From assembly GCA_963727445.1 (NCBI GenBank), contig CAVSGI010000021.1, positions 512,001 through 576,000 of the forward strand: 64,000 bases of DNA. The letters run 5' to 3'. The notes under the pieces were generated by a model, which did no database searches, was not told the origin of the DNA, and was given only the letters and a program-made list of their open reading frames with translations. Source of the DNA: an uncultured delta proteobacterium (lineage in GTDB: Bacteria > Myxococcota_A > Polyangia > Polyangiales > B10-G4). Below, piece by piece: positions 51,090 to 62,514 of this stretch (positions are counted from its first letter, which is position 1; each line of letters opens with the position of its first letter). The translations under genes and the position numbers were made by a program.

Positions 51090-52271
51090 CACCATCCCAT
51101 GATCTTGGCGATGCATGTAGCGCATGACTTCGGTCGTGCCGCCGCCGATGCGGAAGAGGCGCTGGTCGCGCCACGCGCGCGCGACCCAGAGCTCCTCGAG
51201 GTAGCCCATGCCGCCGTGGAACTGCACGGCAGTCGTCCATGATCTCGCTGGAGACGTCGCCGACGAAGAGCTTGCTCATCGAGATCTTCTTCACCGTCTC
51301 CATCGAGATCTCGCTCTTGTCGACGTAGCTGCTCGCGGTTGTAGTCCTCGACCGCGTCGTAGCGAGGGCCTTGGCGGCCTGCGACTTGGTGTAGAGGTCC
51401 GACGAACTTGCTGCTTCCAGTACCTCGCGCTTGATGAGCGGCTTGCCGAAGGCCTTGCGCTCGCGGCCGTAGGCGACCGAGCGGTCGAGCGCGCGTGTCG
51501 GCAGCCGGCGAGCGCGCTCGTCGAGCCGATGAGGCGCTCGGACTGGAAGTTCTGCATCAGGTAGTAGAAGCCCTTGCCCTCCTCGCCGAGGAGGTAGCGC
51601 TGCGGGATGCGGCAGTCCTCGAAGAAGAGCTCGGCGGTGTCCGACGGCGCGGTTGCCGGCCTTCTCGAGCTTCTTGCTCACCCCGAAGCCCTTGGTGTCG
51701 GTCGGGAAGAGGAGGATCGAGATGCCGCCGTAGCCCGCGTCGGGGTCGGTCTTGACCAGCAGCGTGACGAAGTCGGCGCGGGTGCCGTTGGTGATGTAGG
51801 TCTTGCGAGCCGTTGATGACGTAGTCGTCGCCGTCCTTCTTCGCCGTGGTGCGGATGCCCGCCACGTCCGAGCCGGCGTCCGGGCTCGCTCACGCCGAGC
51901 GCCGCGATGCTTGTCGCCGGCGAGCGCCGGGCGTCAGGAACTCCTCCTTCTGCTCCTTGGTGCCCGAGCTCGTTGATGCAGGGCGTCGCCATGTCGCTCT
52001 GCACCAGCAGGCCCATCGTCACGCCGGCCGCGCCGCAGCGGGTCAGCTCTTCGCTCTTGGCGACGCTGAACCAGTAGTCGCCGCCGCCGCCGCCGACCTC
52101 CTCGGGGTAGTGGGCGCCGATGATCCCGAGCTCGCCCGCCTTCTTGAACACCCAGTTGGGGAAGAGCGCGTCGTTCTCCCAGCGTCGACGTTGGGCGCGA
52201 GCTCCTTCTCGGCGAAGGTCCGGACCTGCTTGCGGAAAAGCTCGTGCTCTTCGGTGTACGGGATTCGGCAT
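51090..52271 (-). pseudogene. Acyl-CoA dehydrogenase, many frameshifts (probable sequence errors)
   Basis: [52 protein letters not shown] fragments in different frames; 3' end approximate. Confidence 0.85.
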
Positions 52272-52319
52272 GGGCTGGCTCCTCGGGCAAACGCCCCCGC
52301 GACGCGCGGGAGCGCCCAC

Positions 52320-52333
52320 TGAATGACCATTCA
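52320..52333. promoter_or_regulatory. Candidate TetR-family operator TGAATG-AC-CATTCA
   Basis: Perfect AT-rich inverted repeat ~50 bp upstream of the acyl-CoA dehydrogenase start, in the divergent intergenic region. Confidence 0.6.
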
Positions 52334-52412
52334 TTTAGTGGATGGGCGGCTTTGGGGCAAGGGGCATGTGGTGATTCCCAACGGCAGGGTACAAAGGCAT
52401 GCTTCGCGCGCC

Positions 52413-54503
52413 ATGGCGAAGAAGCCCGAAGAGGAAGCCCCGTCGTCGAAAGCCGTCACCACCCCGCAGTCGGGCGGTGGGGTGTTCCAGCGTCCCCCGA
52501 CCACCCAGGAGGAATACGAGGCCTGCCGGCCCCTCGAGATCGCGCCCGAGGCGGTGCTCGAGATGGACGAGGCGACCTGGTACGAAAAGGTGTACCGAGG
52601 TGACGCCGTTCCGCAGCTCACCATACGCGCCGTGTTGATGGGCTCGTTCCTCGGCTTCTTCCTCGCCTTCACCAATCTCTACGTCGGTCTCAAGACGGGG
52701 TGGGGCCTCGGCGTCGCCATCACCGCCTGCATCCTCGCCTACGCCGCTTCGAACGGTCTGGTGAAGCTGCGCCTCGCGAAGACCCCGCTCACGATCCTCG
52801 AGACGAACTGCATGCAGTCGACGGCGTCTTCCGCCGGCTACTCGACGGTCGGCACGTCGGTCTCGGCGATCGCGGCGCTCCTCATCCTCTCGGTGAGCGC
52901 GGAGCATCCCGAAGGGCAGCACCTGCCCTGGCACGTGTTCGCGGGGTGGACGCTCTTCCTCGCCGCCCTCGGCGCGATCATGGCCATCCCGATGAAGCGG
53001 AACATGATCAACCAGGAGCGCCTCAAGTTCCCTTCGGGCACGGCGGCGGCGGTGACGCTCCAGTCGCTCTACTCCCATGGCAAGGAAGCGCTCAAGAAGG
53101 CGAAGGCGCTCCTCTACGCGAGCATCATCGGGATGCTCTTTCCGGCGCTCATCGAGCTGAAGATCCTCCCCGAGACAACGGAGACCGGCGAAGTCCATCG
53201 CACGCCGCTGCTGCCCGCGGACCTGAAGGTCTTCGACTGGCTTCCGGCGCCCGGGACACACGTCACCGAGGACGGCCAAACCGTCTCGTACCTCCCCTCC
53301 GACTGGACGATGGTCTGGGACATGAACCCGGTCATGATCGCCGCCGGCGCGCTGGTCGGCATGCGCACCGCCGTCTACATGCTGTTGGCCGGCATCGTTC
53401 TGGTGTACGGGCTCGGGGGCTTCGCCATCGACGACATGTGGACGGCCCCGGGCGCCGCCGAGGCGATCGGCGCGGTGAGCAAGCCGTGGAAGGCGTGGAA
53501 GGAGATCGGGCTCTGGTTGGGCGTCCCGATCATGCTCTCCGCGGGCCTGCTCAACTTCGGGCTCCAGTGGAAGACCATCGTTCGCGCGCTCAAAGGTCTC
53601 GGGAAGTCTGCCGGCGCGGGCAGCGAGTCCGAGGCGCTGGTCAACGCGACCGAGGTGCCCTTCTCCTGGTTCGGCTGGGGCACCCTCGTCGCCTCCATCG
53701 GCGTCCTCCTCGTGGCGCACGGCTACTTCAACATCCCCTGGTACTACGGCGCGCTCGCCATCGCGGTCACCTTCTTCCTCGCCCTCGTCGCCTGTCGCGC
53801 CACCGGCGAGAGCGACATCACGCCCATCGGCGCCATGGGCAAGATCATGCAGCTCACCTTCGGCGTCCTCATCCCGCAGTCGATGACCGCCAACCTGATG
53901 AGCGCCTCGATCACTGCGAACGTGGCCGCGAGCTCGGCGGATCTGTTGACCGACCTCAAGAGCGGCTATCTCCTCGGCGCCAACCCGCGCCGGCAGTTCA
54001 TCGCGCAGTTCCTGGGTATCTTCTCCGGCACGGTGGCCACCGTCGCCGGCTTCTATCTCCTGGTCCCGAACGCGCTCACCCTCACCGGCGCCGACCTCCC
54101 GGGCGGCGGGCACGTCGCTCCCGAGTTCCCGGCGCCCGCCGCCCAGGCCTGGAAGGCGGTGGCCGAGGTGATGGCCGGCGGCGGTCTCGACGCCATGCAC
54201 CCCACCCATCGTCTCGCGATCTTCTGGGGCCTCGCTCTCGGGGTGGTCATGACGCTCCTCGAGCAGTTCTTCCCGAAGTGGAAGGGATGGCTCCCCTCCG
54301 CGACCGGCATCGGTCTCGGCCTGATCCTGCCCTTCCAGTACCCGCTGTCGATGTTCGTTGGTGCCGTCGCCGCCCTCATCTGGACCCGCCGCTGGAAGAA
54401 GAGCGCCGACGACTATCTGGTTCCGGTCGCCGCTGGCCTCATCGCGGGCATCTCCATCATGGGCGTCCTCGTCGCGGTGCTGAACTCGCTCGTGTTCTCG
54501 TAG
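52413..54503 (+). CDS. OPT family oligopeptide/chelate transporter
   Basis: QLTIRAV, YVGLKTG, LETNCMQSTASSAG, FPSGTAAA, DLKSGYLLGANPRRQ, PAPAA. Confidence 0.93.
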   Translation: MAKKPEEEAPSSKAVTTPQSGGGVFQRPPTTQEEYEACRPLEIAPEAVLEMDEATWYEKVYRGDAVPQLTIRAVLMGSFLGFFLAFTNLYVGLKTGWGLGVAITACILAYAASNGLVKLRLAKTPLTILETNCMQSTASSAGYSTVGTSVSAIAALLILSVSAEHPEGQHLPWHVFAGWTLFLAALGAIMAIPMKRNMINQERLKFPSGTAAAVTLQSLYSHGKEALKKAKALLYASIIGMLFPALIELKILPETTETGEVHRTPLLPADLKVFDWLPAPGTHVTEDGQTVSYLPSDWTMVWDMNPVMIAAGALVGMRTAVYMLLAGIVLVYGLGGFAIDDMWTAPGAAEAIGAVSKPWKAWKEIGLWLGVPIMLSAGLLNFGLQWKTIVRALKGLGKSAGAGSESEALVNATEVPFSWFGWGTLVASIGVLLVAHGYFNIPWYYGALAIAVTFFLALVACRATGESDITPIGAMGKIMQLTFGVLIPQSMTANLMSASITANVAASSADLLTDLKSGYLLGANPRRQFIAQFLGIFSGTVATVAGFYLLVPNALTLTGADLPGGGHVAPEFPAPAAQAWKAVAEVMAGGGLDAMHPTHRLAIFWGLALGVVMTLLEQFFPKWKGWLPSATGIGLGLILPFQYPLSMFVGAVAALIWTRRWKKSADDYLVPVAAGLIAGISIMGVLVAVLNSLVFS

Positions 54504-54536
54504 CGAGGATCGGGCGGTACCCTCGAGGGCAGCGCC

Positions 54537-55205
54537 ATGCCCCCCGAGCTCATGTTGCTCATCATCGCCGCCGTGTTGGTGGGCTACTTTCTGTTCTGGT
54601 GGTTCTCCGCCGACCAGGTCGCGAAGCGCCGCCTCGAGAAGGCAAAGGCGGTCTCCATCGCGGATGCGCCCGAAGGTGCCATCGTCAAGGTCACCGGGCG
54701 CTTGGTGTTCGAGGGCGAAGCCGCGCTCGAGGGACCGCTCACGGGTCGCACCTGTGCCGGCTTCACGGTCGTGGTGAAGGAGCGGCGCCAGTCGGGGAAG
54801 AGCTCATACTGGAAGACGGTCCTCGACATCCACGACACCGTCGACTTCGTGGTCGAAGACGAGACGGGGAGGGCGTTGGTGAAGGCCGGCGGTGCGAAGC
54901 TGCTCCTGATCCGCGACGAGCACATCCGTTCGGGCTTCCTCACCGACGCGCCAATTCACGCCGAGGCGCTCCTCCTCGACAACGGCATGAAGAGCGAGAA
55001 CTTCCTCGGCATGAACAAGGCGATGACCTTCGCCGAGGGCGTGCTCGAGCCCGGTGAAGAGGTCGCCATCCTCGGCGTCGGCACCTGGGAGATGGACCCG
55101 GACCCCACCCGGAGCGAGGGCTACCGCGACCGCGCCAAGCGTCTCGTCATCGACATGGCCGACGACGGCACGATGATCATCAGCGACGACCCGTCGACGC
55201 TCTAA
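54537..55205 (+). CDS. Membrane-anchored GIDE-like domain protein
   Basis: N-terminal TM; VKVTG..L.GPLTGRTC, FVVEDETGRALV, EGVLEPGEEVAILG. Confidence 0.7.
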   Translation: MPPELMLLIIAAVLVGYFLFWWFSADQVAKRRLEKAKAVSIADAPEGAIVKVTGRLVFEGEAALEGPLTGRTCAGFTVVVKERRQSGKSSYWKTVLDIHDTVDFVVEDETGRALVKAGGAKLLLIRDEHIRSGFLTDAPIHAEALLLDNGMKSENFLGMNKAMTFAEGVLEPGEEVAILGVGTWEMDPDPTRSEGYRDRAKRLVIDMADDGTMIISDDPSTL

Positions 55206-55212
55206 TTAGGGG

Positions 55213-55881
55213 TCAATCGCTGGTGCGCGTGGCATCGGGGCCGAGGCGGGTGCGGTCGAGCACCAAGCCGAGGACCGCTTCGACGTCGTGTTGGCCGGTC
55301 TTTTGGCAGAGCGACGTGAGCTGGGCCGCCACGACGGTCTCGGGCTTGCCCAGGTACAGGTGGAGGAGGTGCCTGCCAACCCAGCGCGCAGCCTCGACCG
55401 TGTCGACCTGAGCCTCGGTGAGCGCGTGCTGTTCGGCGAAGTGCACGAGCAGGTCTCGGAACGGGGTGTCGGTCGCCACGCGCTCGAGAAACGCGCAGAG
55501 CGCTGCGCAGAGCCGGCCCACACCTTCGTTCTTGTGGATGAAGCCCGCGCGCGCCGACGCCGCTCGTTCGGGAAGTTTGCGCTCGTCGGCGGAGGAGAGC
55601 AGGACCGCGCGCATCTCGAAGCCGTCCGCCCGCTCCGCCGCCAGCCACTCGAGGCCGTTGCCATCCGTCAGGTGGAGGTCGAGCACGAGGGCATCGTAGG
55701 ACGCGCGCGCCATCTCGAAGCGCGCGGCCTCGAGCGACGGGGCGCGGTCGAAGCGCGAGGTGTTGCCGAAGCGCTTCGCGATCGCGCGCGAGAACGCCTC
55801 GTCATCGTCCACCATGAGCACGCGAACCGGGATGAAGGCGCGTCGACGCGTACCCGACCTTCGACCGATCCCTTCCCCCAT
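55213..55881 (-). CDS. Response regulator with divergent LuxR-like HTH
   Basis: VLMVDDD...VLDLHLTDGNG...FIHK; LTEAQ...LGKPETVVAAQLTSLCQKTG. Confidence 0.75.
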   Translation of the reverse strand: MGEGIGRRSGTRRRAFIPVRVLMVDDDEAFSRAIAKRFGNTSRFDRAPSLEAARFEMARASYDALVLDLHLTDGNGLEWLAAERADGFEMRAVLLSSADERKLPERAASARAGFIHKNEGVGRLCAALCAFLERVATDTPFRDLLVHFAEQHALTEAQVDTVEAARWVGRHLLHLYLGKPETVVAAQLTSLCQKTGQHDVEAVLGLVLDRTRLGPDATRTSD

Positions 55882-56015
55882 GGCAAGACCAACTTACCGC
55901 CTCGTCGCGCGTTCGGCGACAACGAAGCGGGCAAACGGATCACGAATGGCGGTCGAAACTTCCGCGCTCCGTGAAGTTGAACCCCGCAGGGGTGACAAGG
56001 GGTTCTCCTTGGGCG

Positions 56016-57257
56016 TCAGATCTGCGCGTCGGGAAAGCTGAAGGCGACCTTCACGCAGCCGGTGTTCTTGGACATCGCCGTCTCGAAGGCGTCGCGCCAG
56101 CGCTCGAGGGGGAAGCGATGCGTGACCAGAAAGCCCATGTCGACCTCGCCCGAGGCGCAGAGGTCGAGGTAGTGCTCCATCGCGTGCTTCTCGACGCCGC
56201 GCAGCTCCTCGACGCCGAAAGCGTTGGAGCCGATGACGCGTAGCTCCTTGAAGTAGATGGGCGTCCACTCGAAGCGGCGCGGCGCCTCGACGCCGATGAT
56301 CGAGAGCAGGCCGCGTGGGCGGATCACCCGGACGCCGATCTCGAGGGTCTCGGGAGAGCAGATCGAGTCGTAGACCGCGTCGACGCCGCCAGAGAGCATC
56401 GGGAGCCCCCGCCACGGCTTGCACACCCTCGCGCCGGTGAGCGCGGCGATCTCCGCGATCACGTCCTCGCCTTCGCGCGCGGTGATCACGTGCTCGGCAC
56501 CCAGCTTCTTCGCCGCTTCGACCTGGTGCGGGTAGCGGCCGACCACCAGGATGCGCGCGTCGGGGCGCACCACCCTCACCGCGGCGACCGCGGCGAGGCC
56601 GATGATGCCCGCGCCATAGACGAGGACCGTGGGCGGATCGCCCTCGGGCGGATCCTTCACCACCGCGTGGAAGGACACCGCGAAGGGATTGGCGAGGACG
56701 GCCTGCTCGAAGGTGACCTCCTCGGGCATGGGGAAGACCTGGCTCGCGTGCACCGCGACGCGCGAGGCGTAGGCACCGGGGACGTCCCTGCAGTTGCCGA
56801 GATGCAGCCCCGGCGAGAGGTCGCCCTTGTCGAAGTTCTCGCAGAGCGAGAGGTTGCCCCGCGCGCACTCCGCGCAGACCGGCGAGATGCCGCGCGGCTC
56901 GCAGGGCAGCCAGGGCGAGATCACCACCCGGTCGCCGGGCTTCACGTGCGTGACGGCGCTTCCGACCTCGGCGACCACGCCGGCCGACTCGTGCCCCAGC
57001 ACGTGCGGGAAGGAGATGACCGCGGTGAGCGGGTTGTCGAAGTCGCCCTTGAGCAGCAGCTGCTTCTGATCGCTGCCGCAGATGCCCGTCAGCACCGGCC
57101 GGACGACGACCCATCGGTCGCCGCGGACCCTCGCGTCGGGGATCTCGTCGAGGCTCACCGGCGCGAAGCGCCCCGTGTACGCCTGCGGCGAAAAAGCGCC
57201 GAGCACGCGGGTCAGGGCGATCCGCGGCAGGCTGAGATGGAATTGCAGCGCCTTCAT
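56016..57257 (-). CDS. Zinc-dependent alcohol dehydrogenase (MDR family)
   Basis: GICGSD, GHE, C..C..C......C structural zinc site, GAGIIG. Confidence 0.92.
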   Translation of the reverse strand: MKALQFHLSLPRIALTRVLGAFSPQAYTGRFAPVSLDEIPDARVRGDRWVVVRPVLTGICGSDQKQLLLKGDFDNPLTAVISFPHVLGHESAGVVAEVGSAVTHVKPGDRVVISPWLPCEPRGISPVCAECARGNLSLCENFDKGDLSPGLHLGNCRDVPGAYASRVAVHASQVFPMPEEVTFEQAVLANPFAVSFHAVVKDPPEGDPPTVLVYGAGIIGLAAVAAVRVVRPDARILVVGRYPHQVEAAKKLGAEHVITAREGEDVIAEIAALTGARVCKPWRGLPMLSGGVDAVYDSICSPETLEIGVRVIRPRGLLSIIGVEAPRRFEWTPIYFKELRVIGSNAFGVEELRGVEKHAMEHYLDLCASGEVDMGFLVTHRFPLERWRDAFETAMSKNTGCVKVAFSFPDAQI

Positions 57258-57319
57258 CGTCCCTCCGAGAGGGCCTAGGACTCGCGCCTCGGACGAGCAC
57301 TGTCAAGGCGATGAGGCGG

Positions 57320-57970
57320 GGTGGTGGGGACGCAGTCCCGGCTCGCGCCACCTCTGCTGCGCACGCCCTGCACGTGGGCTCCGCCCACGTTCCGGCCGCG
57401 CTTCGCTCCGGTGCCCCGAGCCTTGTGGTGGTGGGGACACAGTCCCGGCTCGCGGCACCTCTGCTGCGCACGCCCTGCACGTGGGCTCCGCCCACGTTCC
57501 GGCCGCGCTTCGCTCCGGTGCCGCGAGCCTTGTGGTGGTGGGGACACAGTCCCGGCTCGCGGCACCTCTGCTGCGCACGCCCTGCACGTGGGCTCCGCCC
57601 ACGTTCCGGCCGCGCTTCGCTCCGGTGCCGCGAGCCTTGTGGTGGCGGGGACACAGTCCCGGCTCGCGGCACCTCTGCTGCGCACGCCCTGCACGTGGGC
57701 TCCGCCCACGTTCCGGCCGCGCTTCGCTCCGGTGCCGCGAGCCTTGTGGTGGTGGGGACGCAGTCCCGGCTCGCGGCACCTCTGCTGCGCACGCCCTGCA
57801 CGTGGGCTCCGCCCACGTTCCGGCCGCGCTTCGCTCCGGTGCCCCGAGCCTCGTGGTGGTGGGGACGCAGTCCCGGCTCGCGCCACCTCTGCTGCGCACG
57901 CCCTGCACGTGGGCTCCGCCCACGTTCCGGCCGCGCTTCGCTCCGGTGCCCCGAGCCTCGTGGTGGTGGG
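57320..57970. repeat. Tandem array of ~6 near-identical 107-bp palindrome-rich units
   Basis: GTCCCGGCTC recurs at 57335, 57442, 57549, 57656, 57763, 57870 (period 107). Confidence 0.95.
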
Positions 57971-57972
57971 CC

Positions 57973-59409
<1,437 letters not shown>

Positions 59410-59490
59410 GGACTCCGGCGTCCGAAGCCTACCCGCCCTCGATGTCTGGGGTCAATGGACCTCAGCGCTGCGGTCGAGGTTTTGGACCGC

Positions 59491-60564
59491 TCAAGGAGCG
59501 GCGGTGCCCTGCTGGTCGCCCGGCTCCGGGAGGTCCAGCCCCTGGCCATGGGCGCTGCGGAGCTGGTCTTCACCTTCGCCCTCGCCGGCGGGCTCGGCGG
59601 GCGGGTCGAGGTGGATCGGCGACATCCGCTCCTCGTGGATCTCGGGGTGGTAGCGCTCGCGGAGCTGGCGCACGAGATCTTCGAGGCCCGTCTGCCGGCG
59701 CTCGCGCCACATGCGAAGGCGGATGGTCTGCGACGCCTCTTCGTAGCTGCGGTGCTCTTCGGGGCGGCGGCCCGTCAGCTTGATGACGCTGAACTTCTCA
59801 CCGACCGCGACCGGCTGCGCCGTGACGTCGCCGACCTCGCTGAGCGCGAAGGCCGCAGCGACGATGGCCGGGTCGACCTCGGCGTCCTGGGCGTTGATGC
59901 CCTGTCCCTCGCGGGTGAAGTAGCGGAGGTCACCGCCGCGCAGCTTGGTCTCGGTGTCCACCGAGCGCTCGCGCGCCGCCTGGCGGAAGGCGCGGGCATC
60001 CTGCTCCTGGAGCTCTCCGATCAGCGCGACCGCGGCCTCGCGGGTGTCGAGCAGGATGTGGCTCGCGCGCACCATCTCCGGACGGTGGAACTCGGCGTCG
60101 TGCGAGTCGTAATAGGCGCGCACTTCCTCTTCGGGGATCGTCTCCGGCGTCATCTGCTCGTCGAAGCGCTCGCGGATCATGCGCTGCACCGCGTTCTGCT
60201 TGCGGGTGCGGATCACGGCTTCGTGGTCGCCGTAGCCTTTGCGCTGCGCCTCGGCGGCCATCAGCTCGAAGCGGATCATCTGCTGGACGAACTCCCGCAG
60301 CTTCTGCGGGTCCTGATAGCGCTGGCGGAGGAAGGGGCTCTGGACGTTGATCGAGTCCTCGACCTCGCCGACGGTGATCTCCACGTCGCCGACCTTGGCC
60401 ACCACCTTGGCGCGTCGGGCGCGCTGCTCCGGCGTCAGGTCCTCGTCGCGGGGGACGGCGGAGGGGGTGGCCGTGGGATCGGTGGGCTGCTGCGCCAGGG
60501 CGACAGCCCCGGCAGAGAGGGCGATCGAGCCCAGAAGCAGGCTGGCGAGGAGACCGCGTTGCAT
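59491..60564 (-). CDS. Secreted PpiC/parvulin peptidyl-prolyl isomerase (PrsA/SurA-like)
   Basis: VAKVGDVEIT, VRASHIL, F..AARERSVD..TKLRGGDL. Confidence 0.88.
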   Translation of the reverse strand: MQRGLLASLLLGSIALSAGAVALAQQPTDPTATPSAVPRDEDLTPEQRARRAKVVAKVGDVEITVGEVEDSINVQSPFLRQRYQDPQKLREFVQQMIRFELMAAEAQRKGYGDHEAVIRTRKQNAVQRMIRERFDEQMTPETIPEEEVRAYYDSHDAEFHRPEMVRASHILLDTREAAVALIGELQEQDARAFRQAARERSVDTETKLRGGDLRYFTREGQGINAQDAEVDPAIVAAAFALSEVGDVTAQPVAVGEKFSVIKLTGRRPEEHRSYEEASQTIRLRMWRERRQTGLEDLVRQLRERYHPEIHEERMSPIHLDPPAEPAGEGEGEDQLRSAHGQGLDLPEPGDQQGTAAP

Positions 60565-60607
60565 CGAACGCGTTCTTTCACGGCCGCCCGGGAGGGTCAA
60601 GCGGCGC

Positions 60608-61561
60608 TCAGAAGCCGTAGGCGGCAGAGGCACCCATGAAGAATCCGAGCCCGAAGCCGCCCTCGACACGCATCATCAGCTGCTTGATGGGCTTGAAGCG
60701 CAGGGCCAGGTGGGGGATGGCCAGCCAGGGGACGATGTTGGGGACGTTGCCTCCGTCGGACCACTGCCCTTCGCGGCAGTTGTACTGTTCCGTTCCGTCC
60801 TGACAGAGCTGCATGCGCCGGGAGTCGGGAGTCGCCGCTGGGCCGCAGTAGCCCGGCGGTGCGGACGCGGGATTGCCGGGCCCGGCGCAGGGCGCGTAGC
60901 CACCGTCCGCCGTCGGGTAGGCCTCCGTCCGGTACACGTCTCCGATCACGATCCCCAGGCCGACGCCGACGCCGTACTCGATGGCGAACCAATCGGTGAT
61001 GTCGGTCGACCACAAGAACGTGCCCGAGATGAAGACCGTCCAGAGGTCGGTCACCACGATCTCCGTGTCCTGGAGGGGATCGCCGTTCGCTCGGAACGGG
61101 CCGTTGCCCTCGGGGCGGGCAAGCCAGAGGCTGCCCACGATGTCGAAGCCGTCCTTGCGGTAGGTGAGCTCGGCGCCGAAGGCGGGGAAGTTGGAGCCCG
61201 AGGACAAATCCGTGAAGAGGTTCAAGAGGAACTGTGGGATGAATATCTGGCGATAGAACGCGCCGACGAAGTAGTAGGCCTCGTGCGGATCCTCGAAGGG
61301 ATCGGTGGACGAGCGCCCTTCGTCCCCGGTGCCGTACTCGCTCTCGGTGTCGTGCTGCGCATCCGAGAGCTCGACGCTCTGGGCGGCTTCTTCGGGCGAA
61401 GCGATCCCATCGCCGTTCTCGGCGCCCTCGGTGCCATCCCCAGACCCGCTGTCGTAGCTCGAGTCGTCCGGCGGCGCTTCGTCGTCGTATTGCGCCGCTG
61501 CGCTCCCGGCGGAGACGAGCAGCGTCACAACCGAAAGCAGAAGTGAAAATCGCGAAAGCAT
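60608..61561 (-). CDS. Outer-membrane beta-barrel protein (hypothetical)
   Basis: Signal peptide, acidic linker, alternating beta-strands, C-terminal AAYGF. Confidence 0.72.
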   Translation of the reverse strand: MLSRFSLLLSVVTLLVSAGSAAAQYDDEAPPDDSSYDSGSGDGTEGAENGDGIASPEEAAQSVELSDAQHDTESEYGTGDEGRSSTDPFEDPHEAYYFVGAFYRQIFIPQFLLNLFTDLSSGSNFPAFGAELTYRKDGFDIVGSLWLARPEGNGPFRANGDPLQDTEIVVTDLWTVFISGTFLWSTDITDWFAIEYGVGVGLGIVIGDVYRTEAYPTADGGYAPCAGPGNPASAPPGYCGPAATPDSRRMQLCQDGTEQYNCREGQWSDGGNVPNIVPWLAIPHLALRFKPIKQLMMRVEGGFGLGFFMGASAAYGF

Positions 61562-61603
61562 GGCCGCACCCTCCCGTGAAGCGCGGCCAGGATAGCGGTC
61601 CGA

Positions 61604-62362
61604 TCAGGCGACGTCGACCTCGACCTCGTGCTCGGTGGTGAGCGCGTCCTCGAGGCCCAGGGCGGCCCGGGTCCGGACGAAGCTGCTCTCCCGCACCCAC
61701 TGGGCGAAGTGGTCGAGATCGTCGAGGTCCTCGTCCCAGAAGTAGATCCGATCGAGGACCTCCGCGCCGTCGCGATCCACGGCGAGATAGGCGTTGACCC
61801 CGTCCTCTGAGGCCACCGGCAGGAGGCGGACGGGCTCGCCGTAGAACTTGAGGAGCTTGTTCACGGCCACCACCAGGGCGTCCACCGTGACGACGCGGCG
61901 GGTCCAGCCAGGGGCAATCTGCTCCACGTCGACGTCGAGGGGCTCGACCTCGATGAAGGCGCCCGTGGTGCGGATGACGAGGCGCTTTTCGTTCTTGCGG
62001 GTCTCCTCCACCAAAGTCAGGGGCCCCAGCTCCGGCAGGAGCTGGCGGAGGCGGGCGACCAGGCGTCGCGCGGTCAGGCCCTCGTCCTCGCGAAAGACGA
62101 GGAATCGGCCCTCGTCCCGCTGCCCACGGGCCTCGGTGCTGAAGTAACCGTCCAGCAGATTGACGATGGCGCGGGGGGTGGGGAGCAGGCGCGCGGCCGG
62201 GCCGAGACGGGGGTGGAGGGAGCGGGTGAGCAGGCCCGGGGCGACGCCAGCGCCGCGGAGCGCCGCGCGCAGTTGCTGCCAGCCCACGTGAAGGGGACCG
62301 TCTTTTTGGGGATTCAGCTCTCGGAGGGGCGGGAGGAGGCTCAGGTGGCGCGTCTTCGTCAT
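61604..62362 (-). CDS. Hypothetical protein
   Basis: Long ORF with normal codon bias, co-oriented with neighbours; no recognisable motif. Confidence 0.65.
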   Translation of the reverse strand: MTKTRHLSLLPPLRELNPQKDGPLHVGWQQLRAALRGAGVAPGLLTRSLHPRLGPAARLLPTPRAIVNLLDGYFSTEARGQRDEGRFLVFREDEGLTARRLVARLRQLLPELGPLTLVEETRKNEKRLVIRTTGAFIEVEPLDVDVEQIAPGWTRRVVTVDALVVAVNKLLKFYGEPVRLLPVASEDGVNAYLAVDRDGAEVLDRIYFWDEDLDDLDHFAQWVRESSFVRTRAALGLEDALTTEHEVEVDVA

Positions 62363-62514
62363 CTCGCTGGGGATATGTGCAAGCACCGTGCACACCCCTC
62401 GGACACGAAGAATCCTTATCGAATCCGGTCGCAGGCTGGAGCCCTCCGTGCTCTAAGAGCCACGATCGCTCCTGAAGTGGGGCGCTCCGTACTCACACCC
62501 ACGCGAACGCGCGT

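Noticed and set aside
57320..57970. CRISPR array
   Set aside because: Units are near-identical along their whole 107 bp, with no unique spacers and no cas genes.
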